Assembly: GCA_035651655.1 (NCBI GenBank)
Contig: DASRFG010000001.1
Coordinates: 1 to 32,000, forward strand
Reading direction: 5' to 3'
From: Terriglobales bacterium
GTDB lineage: Bacteria > Acidobacteriota > Terriglobia > Terriglobales > Acidobacteriaceae
DNA length: 32,000 nucleotides
Shown: positions 8,226 through 18,211 of the stretch, piece by piece
Position numbering within the stretch: the stretch's first letter is position 1
How the letters are laid out: every line of letters starts with the position of its first letter
The notes under the pieces: model-generated
Database searches by the model: none
What the model saw: the letters and a program-made list of their open reading frames with translations, nothing else
What the model was told of the DNA's origin: nothing
Position numbers and translations under genes: made by a program

Positions 8226-8564
8226 TCAAAAAATGTTCCACCAGCCCCAGTGGGCGACGGTGAGAATAGTAACGACGGACGAAACCCAGAATAGCAATTG
8301 GAGAGACCAGTGGCTGCGCACGCGGATGTAGTTCAAGTAGAAACCGAGCAGCACCGCCACGACGGTAAATGCGATGAACAACCAGCGGTATTGTTCGAAG
8401 GTCACGACCAAAGAAGCGCTCCCGATGCCGAGCAGGCTGGCGAACCCGGCTACGATCGCGCTTGAGCAGATAGGGCCGGTGCAGAAACCCAGCACTGCAG
8501 TAGCCACCGATGCGACGCCGCTGCTGGTTTGCGATTTCATTTGTTTCTCACCACGAAGACTCAC
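8226..8564 (-). CDS. Small 3-TM membrane protein, MerT-like architecture (function uncertain)
   Basis: TM1 carries CTGPIC. The layout is LLGIGSASLVVTFEQYRWLFIAF followed by a third TM, which resembles MerT organisation. GTG start at 8564 or ATG at 8540. No merR, merP or merA lies nearby. Confidence 0.45.
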   Translation of the reverse strand: MSLRGEKQMKSQTSSGVASVATAVLGFCTGPICSSAIVAGFASLLGIGSASLVVTFEQYRWLFIAFTVVAVLLGFYLNYIRVRSHWSLQLLFWVSSVVTILTVAHWGWWNIF

Positions 8565-8583
8565 GAAGAAAGCCGAATTTTAA

Positions 8584-8687
8584 CCACGGAGGACACAGAG
8601 GGGCACAGAGAAAAACTCCTGGATCTAAATCCAAAGCCCAGGCAGGTGACTGCCAAATCCCTCTGTCTTGCTCTGTGTCCTCTGTGG
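8584..8687. repeat. REP-like composite inverted repeat: 27-nt arms (8584-8610 and 8661-8687) enclosing two small hairpins
   Basis: CCACGGAGGACACAGAGGGGCACAGAG against the reverse complement of CTCTGTCTTGCTCTGTGTCCTCTGTGG matches at 22 of 27 positions. Inner hairpins are GGAT-ctaa-ATCC (8621-8632) and GGCAG-gtga-CTGCC (8641-8654). Confidence 0.6.
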
Positions 8688-8737
8688 TCAAAAAGCCTTC
8701 GCTGACGATTATAATCAACGTTTACCAGGAGGAAGTG

Positions 8738-9133
8738 ATGCCAGCAATTCCCGAGAAATATGCCGACCTCTTCAAGAAGAAAGCTTTTGCCAACCTTGCG
8801 ACGGTGATGCCGGATGGCAGCCCTCAGGTCACACCAGTGTGGGTTGATTACGATGGCAAGCACGTAATCTTCAATTCCGCCGAGGGCCGGCAGAAGGACA
8901 AAAATTTGAGGCGCGACCCGCGCGTAGCGCTCTCCATCGTGGATCCCGACAATCCCTACCGGTACCTGCAAATTCGCGGCAAAGTTTCCGAGATCACCAA
9001 AAAGGACGCGGACAAGCACATTGACAAGTTAGCCAAGAAATATCTTGGAGTGGATAAATATCCCTACGCGCAGCCGGGCGAAGTACGAGTGTTGTACAAG
9101 ATCGCTCCCGAAAAAACCCAAACCATGGGATGA
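8738..9133 (+). CDS. Pyridoxamine 5'-phosphate oxidase family / PPOX-class (possibly F420-dependent) protein
   Basis: 131 aa: MPAIPEKYADLFKKKAFANLATVMPDGSPQVTPVWVDYDG...DPRVALSIVDPDNPYRYLQIRGKV, the typical split-barrel PPOX pattern. A strong SD (AGGAGGA) lies at 8727-8733. The longer ORF from 8510 reads through the repeat and is rejected. Confidence 0.8.
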   Translation: MPAIPEKYADLFKKKAFANLATVMPDGSPQVTPVWVDYDGKHVIFNSAEGRQKDKNLRRDPRVALSIVDPDNPYRYLQIRGKVSEITKKDADKHIDKLAKKYLGVDKYPYAQPGEVRVLYKIAPEKTQTMG

Positions 9134-9144
9134 CCAACGAGATT

Positions 9145-9198
9145 ATGTAGGGCGACACTCTTGTCCGCCACTCGCGAGCAGGAGTGCCCGCGCTACAT
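9145..9198. repeat. Imperfect 54-nt palindrome (REP-like) between the PPOX and GNAT genes
   Basis: The left arm ATGTAGGGCGACACTCTTGTCCGC pairs with the right arm GCGAGCAGGAGTGCCCGCGCTACAT at about 19 of 25 positions with one bulge. It falls in the spurious 5' extension of the GNAT ORF. Confidence 0.55.
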
Positions 9199-9217
9199 GA
9201 CTGTTGGTGAGAGACAA

Positions 9218-9682
9218 ATGCAGACAGCCATTAAGGTGGTGCGGGCAGGGGCCGAAGATGCCGAGCGCATCGCGCCGTTGTTCGATGCCTACCGTCAGTT
9301 TTACAAGCAGAGGTCGAACCTGGCTGCGGCCAAGGCGTTTTTGTCGGAGCGGCTGATCCGGTCCGAGTCGGTTATTTTCCTGGCTCTGAGCGGCGAGGGA
9401 GAACGCGAAAAGGCGGTTGGGTTCACGCAGCTCTATCCGTGCTTTAACTCGGTGGCGTTGAAGCCGCTCTGGATCCTGTACGACCTGTATGTCGCACCGC
9501 AGGCCAGGCGGCTCGGCGTCGGCAAGGCGTTGATGGATCGCGCACAGCAGTTCGCCGCCGAGACCAAAGCCTGGGGGTTGTGGCTGGAAACTGCGGTAGA
9601 CAACATTCCCGGGCAAAAGTTATATGAACGCCAAGGGTGGATACGGGACGAGGAGTTCTACAGGTATCAGAAGATGCTGTAG
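9218..9682 (+). CDS. GNAT-family N-acetyltransferase
   Basis: The acetyl-CoA-binding pattern LYVAPQARRLGVGKALMDRA is followed by the LYERQGW tail. I prefer the ATG at 9218 (MQTAIKVVRAGAEDAERI) over the TTG at 9161, which lies inside the palindrome. Confidence 0.8.
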   Translation: MQTAIKVVRAGAEDAERIAPLFDAYRQFYKQRSNLAAAKAFLSERLIRSESVIFLALSGEGEREKAVGFTQLYPCFNSVALKPLWILYDLYVAPQARRLGVGKALMDRAQQFAAETKAWGLWLETAVDNIPGQKLYERQGWIRDEEFYRYQKML

Positions 9683-9804
9683 GACGTGATAGCGGCAAGT
9701 CTGCCCCGGCTGTGCCTACGTGGGTCATAGAAGCAGTTCTTCCATCAGCCCTCCCGGGCCTGAGTCCTGCGGTCCATTTTCCTCATCTTGTAGACTAAAG
9801 GTTT

Positions 9805-12291
9805 ATGGCACAAGCCAAGATTGATTTAGAGATCGAGCCGTCGCGGGCCGGTATGGGTACGTCCGGTGACGAGGAGCAGGTCTTCGACCAGTTCCGCCGC
9901 TGGGGATACCTGCAGGCCGACCTCGATCCGCTGGGTTTTCTGCGCCCGCAGTCCCGCCCCGAGCTGCAGTTGAGCGGAGCGGCGGCCCAAGAGGCGCGCC
10001 GAGTTTATTGCGGGACCATTGGCGCTGAGTTCATGCATATCACCGACCCCGACCGGCGCCGCTGGATCCAGGAGCAGATGGAGAGCACACCGGCTGCTCC
10101 CGACCAAAGATGGATTCTTGAGCGGCTGATCCGTGCCGACCTGTTTGAACACATGTTGCAGTCGCGCTATTTGGGGACCAAACGGTTTTCTCTGGAAGGT
10201 ATTACGGCAGCAATCCCGCTACTGGACGAATTGCTGGAAGGCGCTGCGGCGCACGATGCCGAAGAGGCGGTGATCGGCATGAGCCATCGCGGCCGCCTGA
10301 ACGTAATACTGCACATCGCGAATCGACCGGCGGAAGAACTTTTTGCGGGTTTTGAGGACGTAGACCCGCGCAGCGTGCTAGGCGGCGGTGACGTGAAGTA
10401 TCACATCGGCGCTACTGGCGAGTACAAGACTCCGAGCGGCCGCTCGATTCATATCCATCTAGTTTCAAATCCCAGCCATCTCGAGGCGGTGGACCCGGTG
10501 GTTGTGGGACGGGTGCGGGCCAAGCAGACGCGCGCCGGAAAAGCGGGTCTTGGGCGTTTTCTGCCGATCATTCTGCATGGCGATGCGGCGTTCGCCGGAC
10601 AAGGCATCACTGCTGAAACCATGAACTTTGCTGACCTGAACGGTTTCAGTGTGGGAGGCACGGTGCACGTTATTGTTAACAACCTGATCGGGTTCACCAC
10701 GGTGCCTTCAGAGTTGCACTCGGCGCGCTTCGCGGCTGATCTGGCGCGGCGGCAGGACATTCCCATCTTCCACGTGAATGGCGAGGATCCCGACGCGGTG
10801 GTACGAGCGGCACGCATGGCCCTGGAGTACCGCTACAGATTTTTCAGCGACGTTGTGGTGGACGTCATCGGCTATCGCCGGCACGGGCACAGCGAAGTGG
10901 ACGATCCCACCATCACCCAGCCGCGCTTGTACAAGGCGATTGAGGAGCATCCGCCACTGTGGCAAATCTACGCAGAAGATCTGGGCCTCGATCCCAAACC
11001 CGAAGTGGACCGAGTCACCGCCGAATATGGAGAGGCGCAGAAAAAAGCGGCGGCCCTCAAGGTTAAGCCGACCTACCGCCAACTGCCGAGCTATTGGAGC
11101 AACTACAAGGGCGGCCGATACAAGCCGGAGTACGAGGTAGACACTGCAGTCTCGGCGGAAGAAATTGCCGCCATTACCGAGACGCTGACCACCTATCCTG
11201 CGGATTTTCATGTTCACCCCAAGATCAAGCGGCTGCTGCAACAGCGCCAGGAGATGGGCGCGGGCAAGCGTCCGGTGGATTACGGCATGGCCGAGGCGCT
11301 GGCCTTCGGCTCGCTGGTGAAGCAAGGTGTGCCGGTGCGCTTCAGCGGGCAGGACACCAAGCGCGGCACGTTCAACCAGCGGCATGCGGCACTGGTGGAT
11401 GTGGAGAATGAGCAGGAGTACATCCCGCTGAGCCACATCAGCCCCAAGCAGGCGCGATTTGAGATCTACAACTCGACGCTCTCGGAAGCGGGAGTGCTGG
11501 GATTCGAATACGGCTACAGCCGAGACTATCCGGAAACGCTGGTGCTCTGGGAGGCGCAGTTTGGCGATTTTGCCAATGGCGCGCAGGTGGTGATTGATCA
11601 GTTTGTGAGCGCCGGAGAAGACAAGTGGGGATTACTTTCCGGTCTGGTAATGCTGCTGCCGCACGGCTACGAAGGTCAGGGACCCGAGCACTCGAGCGCT
11701 CGCATCGAGCGCTATTTGCAACTGGCGGCACGTGACAACATGCAGGTAGTCCAACCCTCGACCGCAGCCCAGTACTTTCATCTGTTGCGTAGGCAAGCAC
11801 TGCGCCATTGGCGGAAACCGTTGGTGGTGTTCACGCCCAAAAGCATGCTGCGGCATCCCGATGCCTCTTCGCCATTGCAGGATTTTTCGCGCCCGCGATT
11901 TTTGCCCGTGGTACCGGATGAGGAAATCAAGAATGCGCGACGGCTGATTCTGTGCACCGGGAAGATCGGACACGAACTGCAAGCTGAGCGCAAGCGAAGA
12001 AAAGACCAGGCGACCGCGATCGTATTCCTGGATCAGCTGTATCCGTTTCCCGAAGCGGAGCTGACGCGGGAACTGGAGCGGCATCAGGGCGCTCAGGACA
12101 TTTTGTGGGTGCAGGAAGAGCCAGCCAACATGGGAGCGCTCTGGTATGTGGTTCCACGCTTGCGGCGACTGGCGGGCGAGCGGCACGTCTTGACCGTGAA
12201 GCGCTCGGCGAGTTCCAGTCCGGCAACAGGATCGGCCAAAGCACACGAGATGGAGCAGAAGACGTTGCTGACGCTGGCCTTTGAAACCTGA
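9805..12291 (+). CDS. sucA: 2-oxoglutarate dehydrogenase E1 component, short form lacking the usual N-terminal region
   Basis: YCGTIGAEFMHI, GMSHRGRLNVL-like GMSHRGRLNVI, HGDAAFAGQG, GYRRHGHSEVDDP and LPHGYEGQGPEHSS are present. An in-frame TAA at 9796-9798 excludes a longer N-terminus. Confidence 0.9.
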   Translation: MAQAKIDLEIEPSRAGMGTSGDEEQVFDQFRRWGYLQADLDPLGFLRPQSRPELQLSGAAAQEARRVYCGTIGAEFMHITDPDRRRWIQEQMESTPAAPDQRWILERLIRADLFEHMLQSRYLGTKRFSLEGITAAIPLLDELLEGAAAHDAEEAVIGMSHRGRLNVILHIANRPAEELFAGFEDVDPRSVLGGGDVKYHIGATGEYKTPSGRSIHIHLVSNPSHLEAVDPVVVGRVRAKQTRAGKAGLGRFLPIILHGDAAFAGQGITAETMNFADLNGFSVGGTVHVIVNNLIGFTTVPSELHSARFAADLARRQDIPIFHVNGEDPDAVVRAARMALEYRYRFFSDVVVDVIGYRRHGHSEVDDPTITQPRLYKAIEEHPPLWQIYAEDLGLDPKPEVDRVTAEYGEAQKKAAALKVKPTYRQLPSYWSNYKGGRYKPEYEVDTAVSAEEIAAITETLTTYPADFHVHPKIKRLLQQRQEMGAGKRPVDYGMAEALAFGSLVKQGVPVRFSGQDTKRGTFNQRHAALVDVENEQEYIPLSHISPKQARFEIYNSTLSEAGVLGFEYGYSRDYPETLVLWEAQFGDFANGAQVVIDQFVSAGEDKWGLLSGLVMLLPHGYEGQGPEHSSARIERYLQLAARDNMQVVQPSTAAQYFHLLRRQALRHWRKPLVVFTPKSMLRHPDASSPLQDFSRPRFLPVVPDEEIKNARRLILCTGKIGHELQAERKRRKDQATAIVFLDQLYPFPEAELTRELERHQGAQDILWVQEEPANMGALWYVVPRLRRLAGERHVLTVKRSASSSPATGSAKAHEMEQKTLLTLAFET

Positions 12292-12294
12292 AGG

Positions 12295-12320
12295 CAGTAC
12301 TCACCGACTACTGAGTGCTG
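12295..12320. terminator. Candidate bidirectional hairpin between convergent sucA and serS
   Basis: CAGTACTCA (12295-12303) pairs with TGAGTGCTG (12312-12320): 9 pairs including one G-U, with an 8-nt loop. Neither side has a U-tract, so the terminator function is uncertain. Confidence 0.3.
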
Positions 12321-12331
12321 GCTACTGAGAA

Positions 12332-13729
<1,398 letters not shown>

Positions 13730-13739
13730 CTAGTTCGAC

Positions 13740-15377
13740 ATGAAAACCAAACTGCGCCAGTCATCCGCTGTTCTGCTCTCGTGGCTTGTCCTCAGCGTAT
13801 TCTCCTTGGCTTCGGCTTATAACCATCGACCAAAGTTGGTGGTGATCGTGGTCATTGACCAGTTTCGTGGCGATTATCTGGAGCGCTACCACGATGAGTT
13901 TGGCGCCAACGGCTTTCGGCTCTTCATCGACAAGGGCGCGTTCTTTACCGACTGCTACTACGATTACGCCAACACGGAGACAGCGCCCGGTCATGCCACC
14001 TTACTCACCGGTGCATACAGCAACGGACACGGAATCCTGGTGAACGAATGGTGGGACACGCAGCAGAAACGCATGGTAACTTCCGTCGAAGACAGGGCTA
14101 CAACAGTTGTGGGAGCGGGCAGCGGAGCCGGTTCCTCACCTCACAATCTGATGGCCAGCACTCTGGGCGACGAGCTAAAGCTGGCGACCCAAGGGCGATC
14201 GCGAGTCTTCGGAATCGCACTCAAAGACCGCGCGGCCGTGCTGCCCGCAGGCTGGTCCGGCGATGGCGCTTACTGGATTGATAAGAGCACCGGGGCGTGG
14301 GTCACTTCCACTTACTATCGCAAGGAGCTGCCCGCCTGGGTGGCAGAGTTTAACCGCAGCCGTCCTGAAAAGTACTGGAACCGCGAATGGAAGGATGCGG
14401 ACGGCAAGACCTTAGCCACGACGACCCAAAAGCCAGGAGCAGATTTTTATACAACCGTCGGATCGACCAGCTTTGGCAATGAGTATGAGTTGGAGTTTGC
14501 CCGCGAGCTGGTCAGCAATGAACACCTGGGCAGCGGGCCGACTACTGACCTATTGGTGGTGAGCCTGTCGCCCAACGATCTTCTGGGGCACGCCGTCGGT
14601 CCAGACGCGCCGGAGATGCACGCCATGGCGCTCGATCTAGACCGTCAACTTGGCGATTTCTTCCGCGTCCTGGGCCAACAGGTCGGAACACAAAACCTAT
14701 GGTTGGCGCTAAGCGCCGACCACGGCGTAGCCCCGGTGCCAGAGGCGGCTCAGAAGATACGCATCCCCGCGACCCGGATTCCTAGCGAACAAGAACTGAA
14801 ATCGTCGCTGAACTCCGCGTTAGCAACCAAACTAGGGCAGCCAGGCGACTACGTTAATGCGCTGGGCGGTTCGATTGTTTTTCTCTCTGCGGAGGCATTC
14901 AGCGGCCTGCACCTGACGGAAGCGCAAGCAGAAGAAGCGGCGGGCGAGGCCCTGATGGGGTTGAGCGAAACGCAACCCGGTACACGCGGCTACTTCACCA
15001 AGGTACAACTCAAGCGGGGAGAGGTCCCAGCCACCGAATGGGGCAAGAAATATCTTCACAGCTATTCGCCCGTAGGTGGTTGGTGGGTGATTGGAGTGCC
15101 GCCGCCATTCGCCACCGGTGGAAAGCGCGGCACAGGTCACGGCATGCCCTATACCTATGACACTCACGTCCCGCTGGCATTCTACGGTTCAGTGTTCAAG
15201 CCGGGCTACTATCGTACTCATGCAGAAACAGTGGACCTGGCGGCGACATTGGCTTCCCTGCTGGGAATCAACGCGCCTAGCAGTGCAGTTGGGCGAGTAC
15301 TAACGGAAGCGGTGGCGACCAGCAATGCGGCAGTGCCGGTGAAGACCCATCCCGCCGCCAAGGAACGCGGCCGATGA
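13740..15377 (+). CDS. Exported alkaline phosphatase / nucleotide pyrophosphatase superfamily enzyme, PafA-like
   Basis: The signal peptide is MKTKLRQSSAVLLSWLVLSVFSLASA. VVIDQFRGDYL and NTETAPGHATLLTGAYSNGHGI (Thr nucleophile context) are typical of PafA/NPP-type phosphatases; about 545 aa. Confidence 0.8.
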   Translation: MKTKLRQSSAVLLSWLVLSVFSLASAYNHRPKLVVIVVIDQFRGDYLERYHDEFGANGFRLFIDKGAFFTDCYYDYANTETAPGHATLLTGAYSNGHGILVNEWWDTQQKRMVTSVEDRATTVVGAGSGAGSSPHNLMASTLGDELKLATQGRSRVFGIALKDRAAVLPAGWSGDGAYWIDKSTGAWVTSTYYRKELPAWVAEFNRSRPEKYWNREWKDADGKTLATTTQKPGADFYTTVGSTSFGNEYELEFARELVSNEHLGSGPTTDLLVVSLSPNDLLGHAVGPDAPEMHAMALDLDRQLGDFFRVLGQQVGTQNLWLALSADHGVAPVPEAAQKIRIPATRIPSEQELKSSLNSALATKLGQPGDYVNALGGSIVFLSAEAFSGLHLTEAQAEEAAGEALMGLSETQPGTRGYFTKVQLKRGEVPATEWGKKYLHSYSPVGGWWVIGVPPPFATGGKRGTGHGMPYTYDTHVPLAFYGSVFKPGYYRTHAETVDLAATLASLLGINAPSSAVGRVLTEAVATSNAAVPVKTHPAAKERGR

Positions 15378-16321
15378 CAGCAGTTGAAATCCGCGAACCG
15401 GGAAAGCCCGATCTGGGCATCGAGTTTGCCGGCCTGAGGCTCAAGAACCCGGTCATTGCCGCCAGCGGAACTTTCGGATACGGGGTGGAATTCGAAGACA
15501 TTGTTGATTTAAAGAAGCTCGGCGGATTTGTGGTGAAGGGATTGTCGAAGGAACCAATGGCCGGCAATCCGCCCCCGCGGCTGTACGAAACGGCTGCCGG
15601 AATGTTGAACGCGATCGGGCTACAGAACATTGGCGCACAGGCGTTCGTGCAAGAGAAGCTGCCCAGGCTGCGTCGAATTGCGAACATTGTTGTGATCGCC
15701 AACGTTTTTGGCTATTCGCGCGAGGATTACGAGACTGCGATTCGGATCTTGAACGAGGGCGAAGGCATTGCGGCCTACGAATTAAACGTTTCCTGTCCGA
15801 ATACGAAACAGGGCGGCATCAGCTTCGGCGCCGACCCGCACCTGCTGGACGAAGTCGTGGCCATGGCCAAGAAAATCTCGCGTCGGCCGCTGATCGTGAA
15901 ACTCTCACCCAACGTGACCAACATTGCGCAGATGGCGCGAGTAGCGGAAGAAGCTGGCGCGGATGTGCTCTCGCTGGTCAATACTTTTCTCGCCATGGCA
16001 ATCGATGTGGAGACCCGCAAACCGCGCATCGCCAACTTAACTGCGGGGCTCTCCGGGCCGGCGATCAAGCCCATTGCGGTGCGGATGGTGTGGGAGGCGG
16101 CGCACGCGGTCAACATTCCGGTGATCGGAATTGGTGGCGTGAGCACTGCCGAAGACGTGGTCGAATTCATGCTCGCAGGCGCGGTGGCGGTACAGGTGGG
16201 CACCGCCAGTTACTGGGACCCGTGCGCGACTGAGAATATTGTGGCTAATTTGGAGAAATGGTGCGAGGAGCGCCACGTGGCGAGAGTGACCGACTTAGTA
16301 GGGGCGATGAAAACTGAATGA
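15374..16321 (+). CDS. pyrD: Dihydroorotate dehydrogenase, class 1 (1B-like catalytic subunit)
   Basis: LKNPVIAASGTFGYG, MLNAIGLQN, ELNVSCPNTKQGG (catalytic Cys) and IGIGGV are present. The start overlaps the phosphatase stop (ATGA). Confidence 0.9.
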   Translation: MTAVEIREPGKPDLGIEFAGLRLKNPVIAASGTFGYGVEFEDIVDLKKLGGFVVKGLSKEPMAGNPPPRLYETAAGMLNAIGLQNIGAQAFVQEKLPRLRRIANIVVIANVFGYSREDYETAIRILNEGEGIAAYELNVSCPNTKQGGISFGADPHLLDEVVAMAKKISRRPLIVKLSPNVTNIAQMARVAEEAGADVLSLVNTFLAMAIDVETRKPRIANLTAGLSGPAIKPIAVRMVWEAAHAVNIPVIGIGGVSTAEDVVEFMLAGAVAVQVGTASYWDPCATENIVANLEKWCEERHVARVTDLVGAMKTE

Positions 16322-16323
16322 AA

Positions 16324-16360
16324 CAATTGGTAATTGGGTAATTGGATAATGGGTAATTGA
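16324..16360. repeat. Tandem 7-8-nt stutter repeat (A/T)AATTGG(G), about five copies
   Basis: CAATTGG TAATTGG GTAATTGG ATAATGG GTAATTG, read directly in the gap between the convergent pyrD and the 16367 gene. Confidence 0.65.
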
Positions 16361-16366
16361 AAGGGT

Positions 16367-16774
16367 TTACTCGGGGAGGGCCGGGCGAAATATTAGCAGC
16401 AACACTACCCCGGTAGCATAAAAAGGGAGCGACTGATAAAAGCTCCCACCCAGGAAGCGCAGCACCAACCCATAGAGAACGACGGCTTCGCACAGCGCAA
16501 AGGTCACGATATTGGCAGCCCACCAGCGCTGAATCGAGGCCCGATCGCCCGGGTTGCCGCGGAGAGTGTCCGCAATCCCACGCATCATACGTCCGCGAAC
16601 GATCCACATTGAAGCCAGCATACTGGCGGAGACCACAATAAGCGCAAGTTGCACGATCCTGACATCTTTGGGGGTAGATTTCGCGCCGAATTGCTCCGCA
16701 ACCCCAATCTCAAAAAGAGCAGACACCAGCATCGCCCAGTACACCACGTTCACCAAGCGTAAGGTTGCGTCCAT
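16367..16774 (-). CDS. Hypothetical 4-TM membrane protein
   Basis: 135 aa with four hydrophobic segments. Codon usage is consistent with neighbours. It sits 17 nt downstream of the preceding minus-strand gene. Confidence 0.5.
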   Translation of the reverse strand: MDATLRLVNVVYWAMLVSALFEIGVAEQFGAKSTPKDVRIVQLALIVVSASMLASMWIVRGRMMRGIADTLRGNPGDRASIQRWWAANIVTFALCEAVVLYGLVLRFLGGSFYQSLPFYATGVVLLLIFRPALPE

Positions 16775-16791
16775 ATTTAGTCGCCCATTAT

Positions 16792-17235
16792 CTACTGTCC
16801 GGAAATCCGCAGCTTGATTTGTTCGGGAATGCGGTCGCGAATTTCCTCAGGCAGGCGGTCATGGACGCGGCGGGCGCCGATCTTGGCGGCGTCCACCATC
16901 ACCAAGGGAGCCGGGGTAGCGACGGCGACCGCGAGCCAAATCAGCGCTGACAGCGCAAATCCAGAAAGCGCGGCCAATTCGAGAATGAAGGCGTGATTGG
17001 GGCCGAAGTGATGAATGACGCCAAACGCCAGCAAGAAGACAAAGCCGGAGGCACTAGCCAACGCCATCAAAGCAATGTCAATTCCACGGTGCAGATGGCG
17101 CTTGGCGCGGCAGCGCTCGCACTCAACGAAGTGCTGCTCGTAATCGCCGCGCATCTCTGGCGCGATGCCAGAAATATCGTAGCGCCAGCCCGCCAGGATG
17201 TTGCCCACGATCGGGTCAACGCATTGCTTACTCAT
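16792..17235 (-). CDS. Hypothetical membrane protein with an N-terminal Cys/His cluster (zf-HC2-like) and 2-3 TM segments
   Basis: HFVECERCRAKRHLH resembles the putative zinc finger of anti-sigma-type proteins, but no sigma factor gene is adjacent. Confidence 0.45.
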   Translation of the reverse strand: MSKQCVDPIVGNILAGWRYDISGIAPEMRGDYEQHFVECERCRAKRHLHRGIDIALMALASASGFVFLLAFGVIHHFGPNHAFILELAALSGFALSALIWLAVAVATPAPLVMVDAAKIGARRVHDRLPEEIRDRIPEQIKLRISGQ

Positions 17236-17270
17236 ACTTAGGCAGCTTGGCGTGCATCCGCTGCAATCAG

Positions 17271-18074
17271 CTAAAAGCGGATGGGCTCGAGGGGCGCGGA
17301 CTGGGTGGCCAGCATCAGGCGATTTTGAAGCAAGGTGCGCCGACTTCCCAGCGCGTGCTCGGCGGCCACTCGCGCAAGCTCCGGATGATTGTTCTGTTCC
17401 GAAAGGTGCGCCAGCACCACGACGGCTGCACCACCATCATAATCGCTGGAGAAGAATTCCGCGAGAGCTTCGTTGGAGAGGTGGCCGACGCGGCTCATCA
17501 CCCGCTGCTTGACCGACCAGGGATAGGGGCCGCCGCGCAGCATCTCGAGATCGTGATTCGATTCAAGCATCAGCAAATCGCAGCCGCGAATATGGTGGCG
17601 CACGCTGGCCGGCATATAACCCAGGTCAGTGACAATAGCCAGCTTTACCCCTTCAGCCCGAAACGTGAAGGCGACGGGATCGGCGGCATCGTGCGGAATG
17701 GTGAACGGTGTAACCGAGATGTCGCCGATTTCGAAGGTCGAGCCGGCGTCAAAAGTCTCGAGTTGTTCGCACTTCCACGGCTCTTTGCGCTGGGCGCGAA
17801 TAATCCGGGCACAGGCATGGTGGGTGGCGCTGGTCATGTAAACCGGCACGCCCAGCTTCTTCGCCAGAGTGTAGAGTCCACAAATGTGGTCGCAATGCTC
17901 GTGCGAAATAATTATGGCGGAGAGCGCACGCGGGTCCTCGCCGCAGGATTTGATGCGGCGAAAAGTTTCACGCCCGGAAAGGCCGGCGTCGACCAGAATG
18001 CGAGTGCGCGAACTGGCCACGATGGTGCTGTTGCCTTTGCTGCCACTGGCCAGCACCGTACAAGAAACCGCCAT
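17271..18074 (-). CDS. MBL-fold metallo-hydrolase (YycJ/PhnP-like)
   Basis: LASGSKGNS and the HEHCDH metal motif are present, followed by later Asp/His ligands (VTDLGY, HLS); 267 aa. Confidence 0.85.
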   Translation of the reverse strand: MAVSCTVLASGSKGNSTIVASSRTRILVDAGLSGRETFRRIKSCGEDPRALSAIIISHEHCDHICGLYTLAKKLGVPVYMTSATHHACARIIRAQRKEPWKCEQLETFDAGSTFEIGDISVTPFTIPHDAADPVAFTFRAEGVKLAIVTDLGYMPASVRHHIRGCDLLMLESNHDLEMLRGGPYPWSVKQRVMSRVGHLSNEALAEFFSSDYDGGAAVVVLAHLSEQNNHPELARVAAEHALGSRRTLLQNRLMLATQSAPLEPIRF

Positions 18075-18109
18075 AAGCGGAGCATAGCGGGATGTGTGAT
18101 GCAGGGGGA

Positions 18110-18191
18110 GTAATTAGTTGGTTATCTTGAGCCAAGAGTGTGGAAAGCGGCGACCGAATTTGGAAACGGGTAATGAGAAATTGGTAATTGA
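18110..18191. repeat. Second locus of the AATTGG/GTAATTG stutter motif
   Basis: GTAATTAGTTGG (18110-18121), AATTTGG (18157-18163), GGGTAATGA and AAATTGGTAATTGA (18178-18191). The strand orientation is the same as at 16324-16360. Confidence 0.5.
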
Positions 18192-18211
18192 GCGGCGAAC
18201 CATCCTGATAG

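Noticed and set aside
8510-8737. N-terminal 76 codons of the 207-aa ORF (HGGHRGAQRK...SVSSVVKK)
   Set aside because: This stretch is a translation of the palindromic repeat at 8584-8687. The PPOX domain begins at the ATG at 8738, which has a strong AGGAGGA SD.
9683-9804. Possible leaderless promoter for sucA (TAGACT at 9791-9796, just upstream of the ATG)
   Set aside because: There is no acceptable -35 element at the right spacing, so the evidence is too weak to report as a feature.
10708-11436. 242-aa minus-strand ORF inside sucA, and the similar 219-aa plus-strand ORF at 26378-27037 inside hflX
   Set aside because: These are shadow ORFs antisense to strongly supported genes.
17247-18113. 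288-aa ORF on the plus strand
   Set aside because: It is entirely antisense to the well-supported MBL hydrolase gene. Its Arg/Gly/Ala-rich composition is typical of a shadow ORF in GC-rich DNA, and it has no recognisable motifs.
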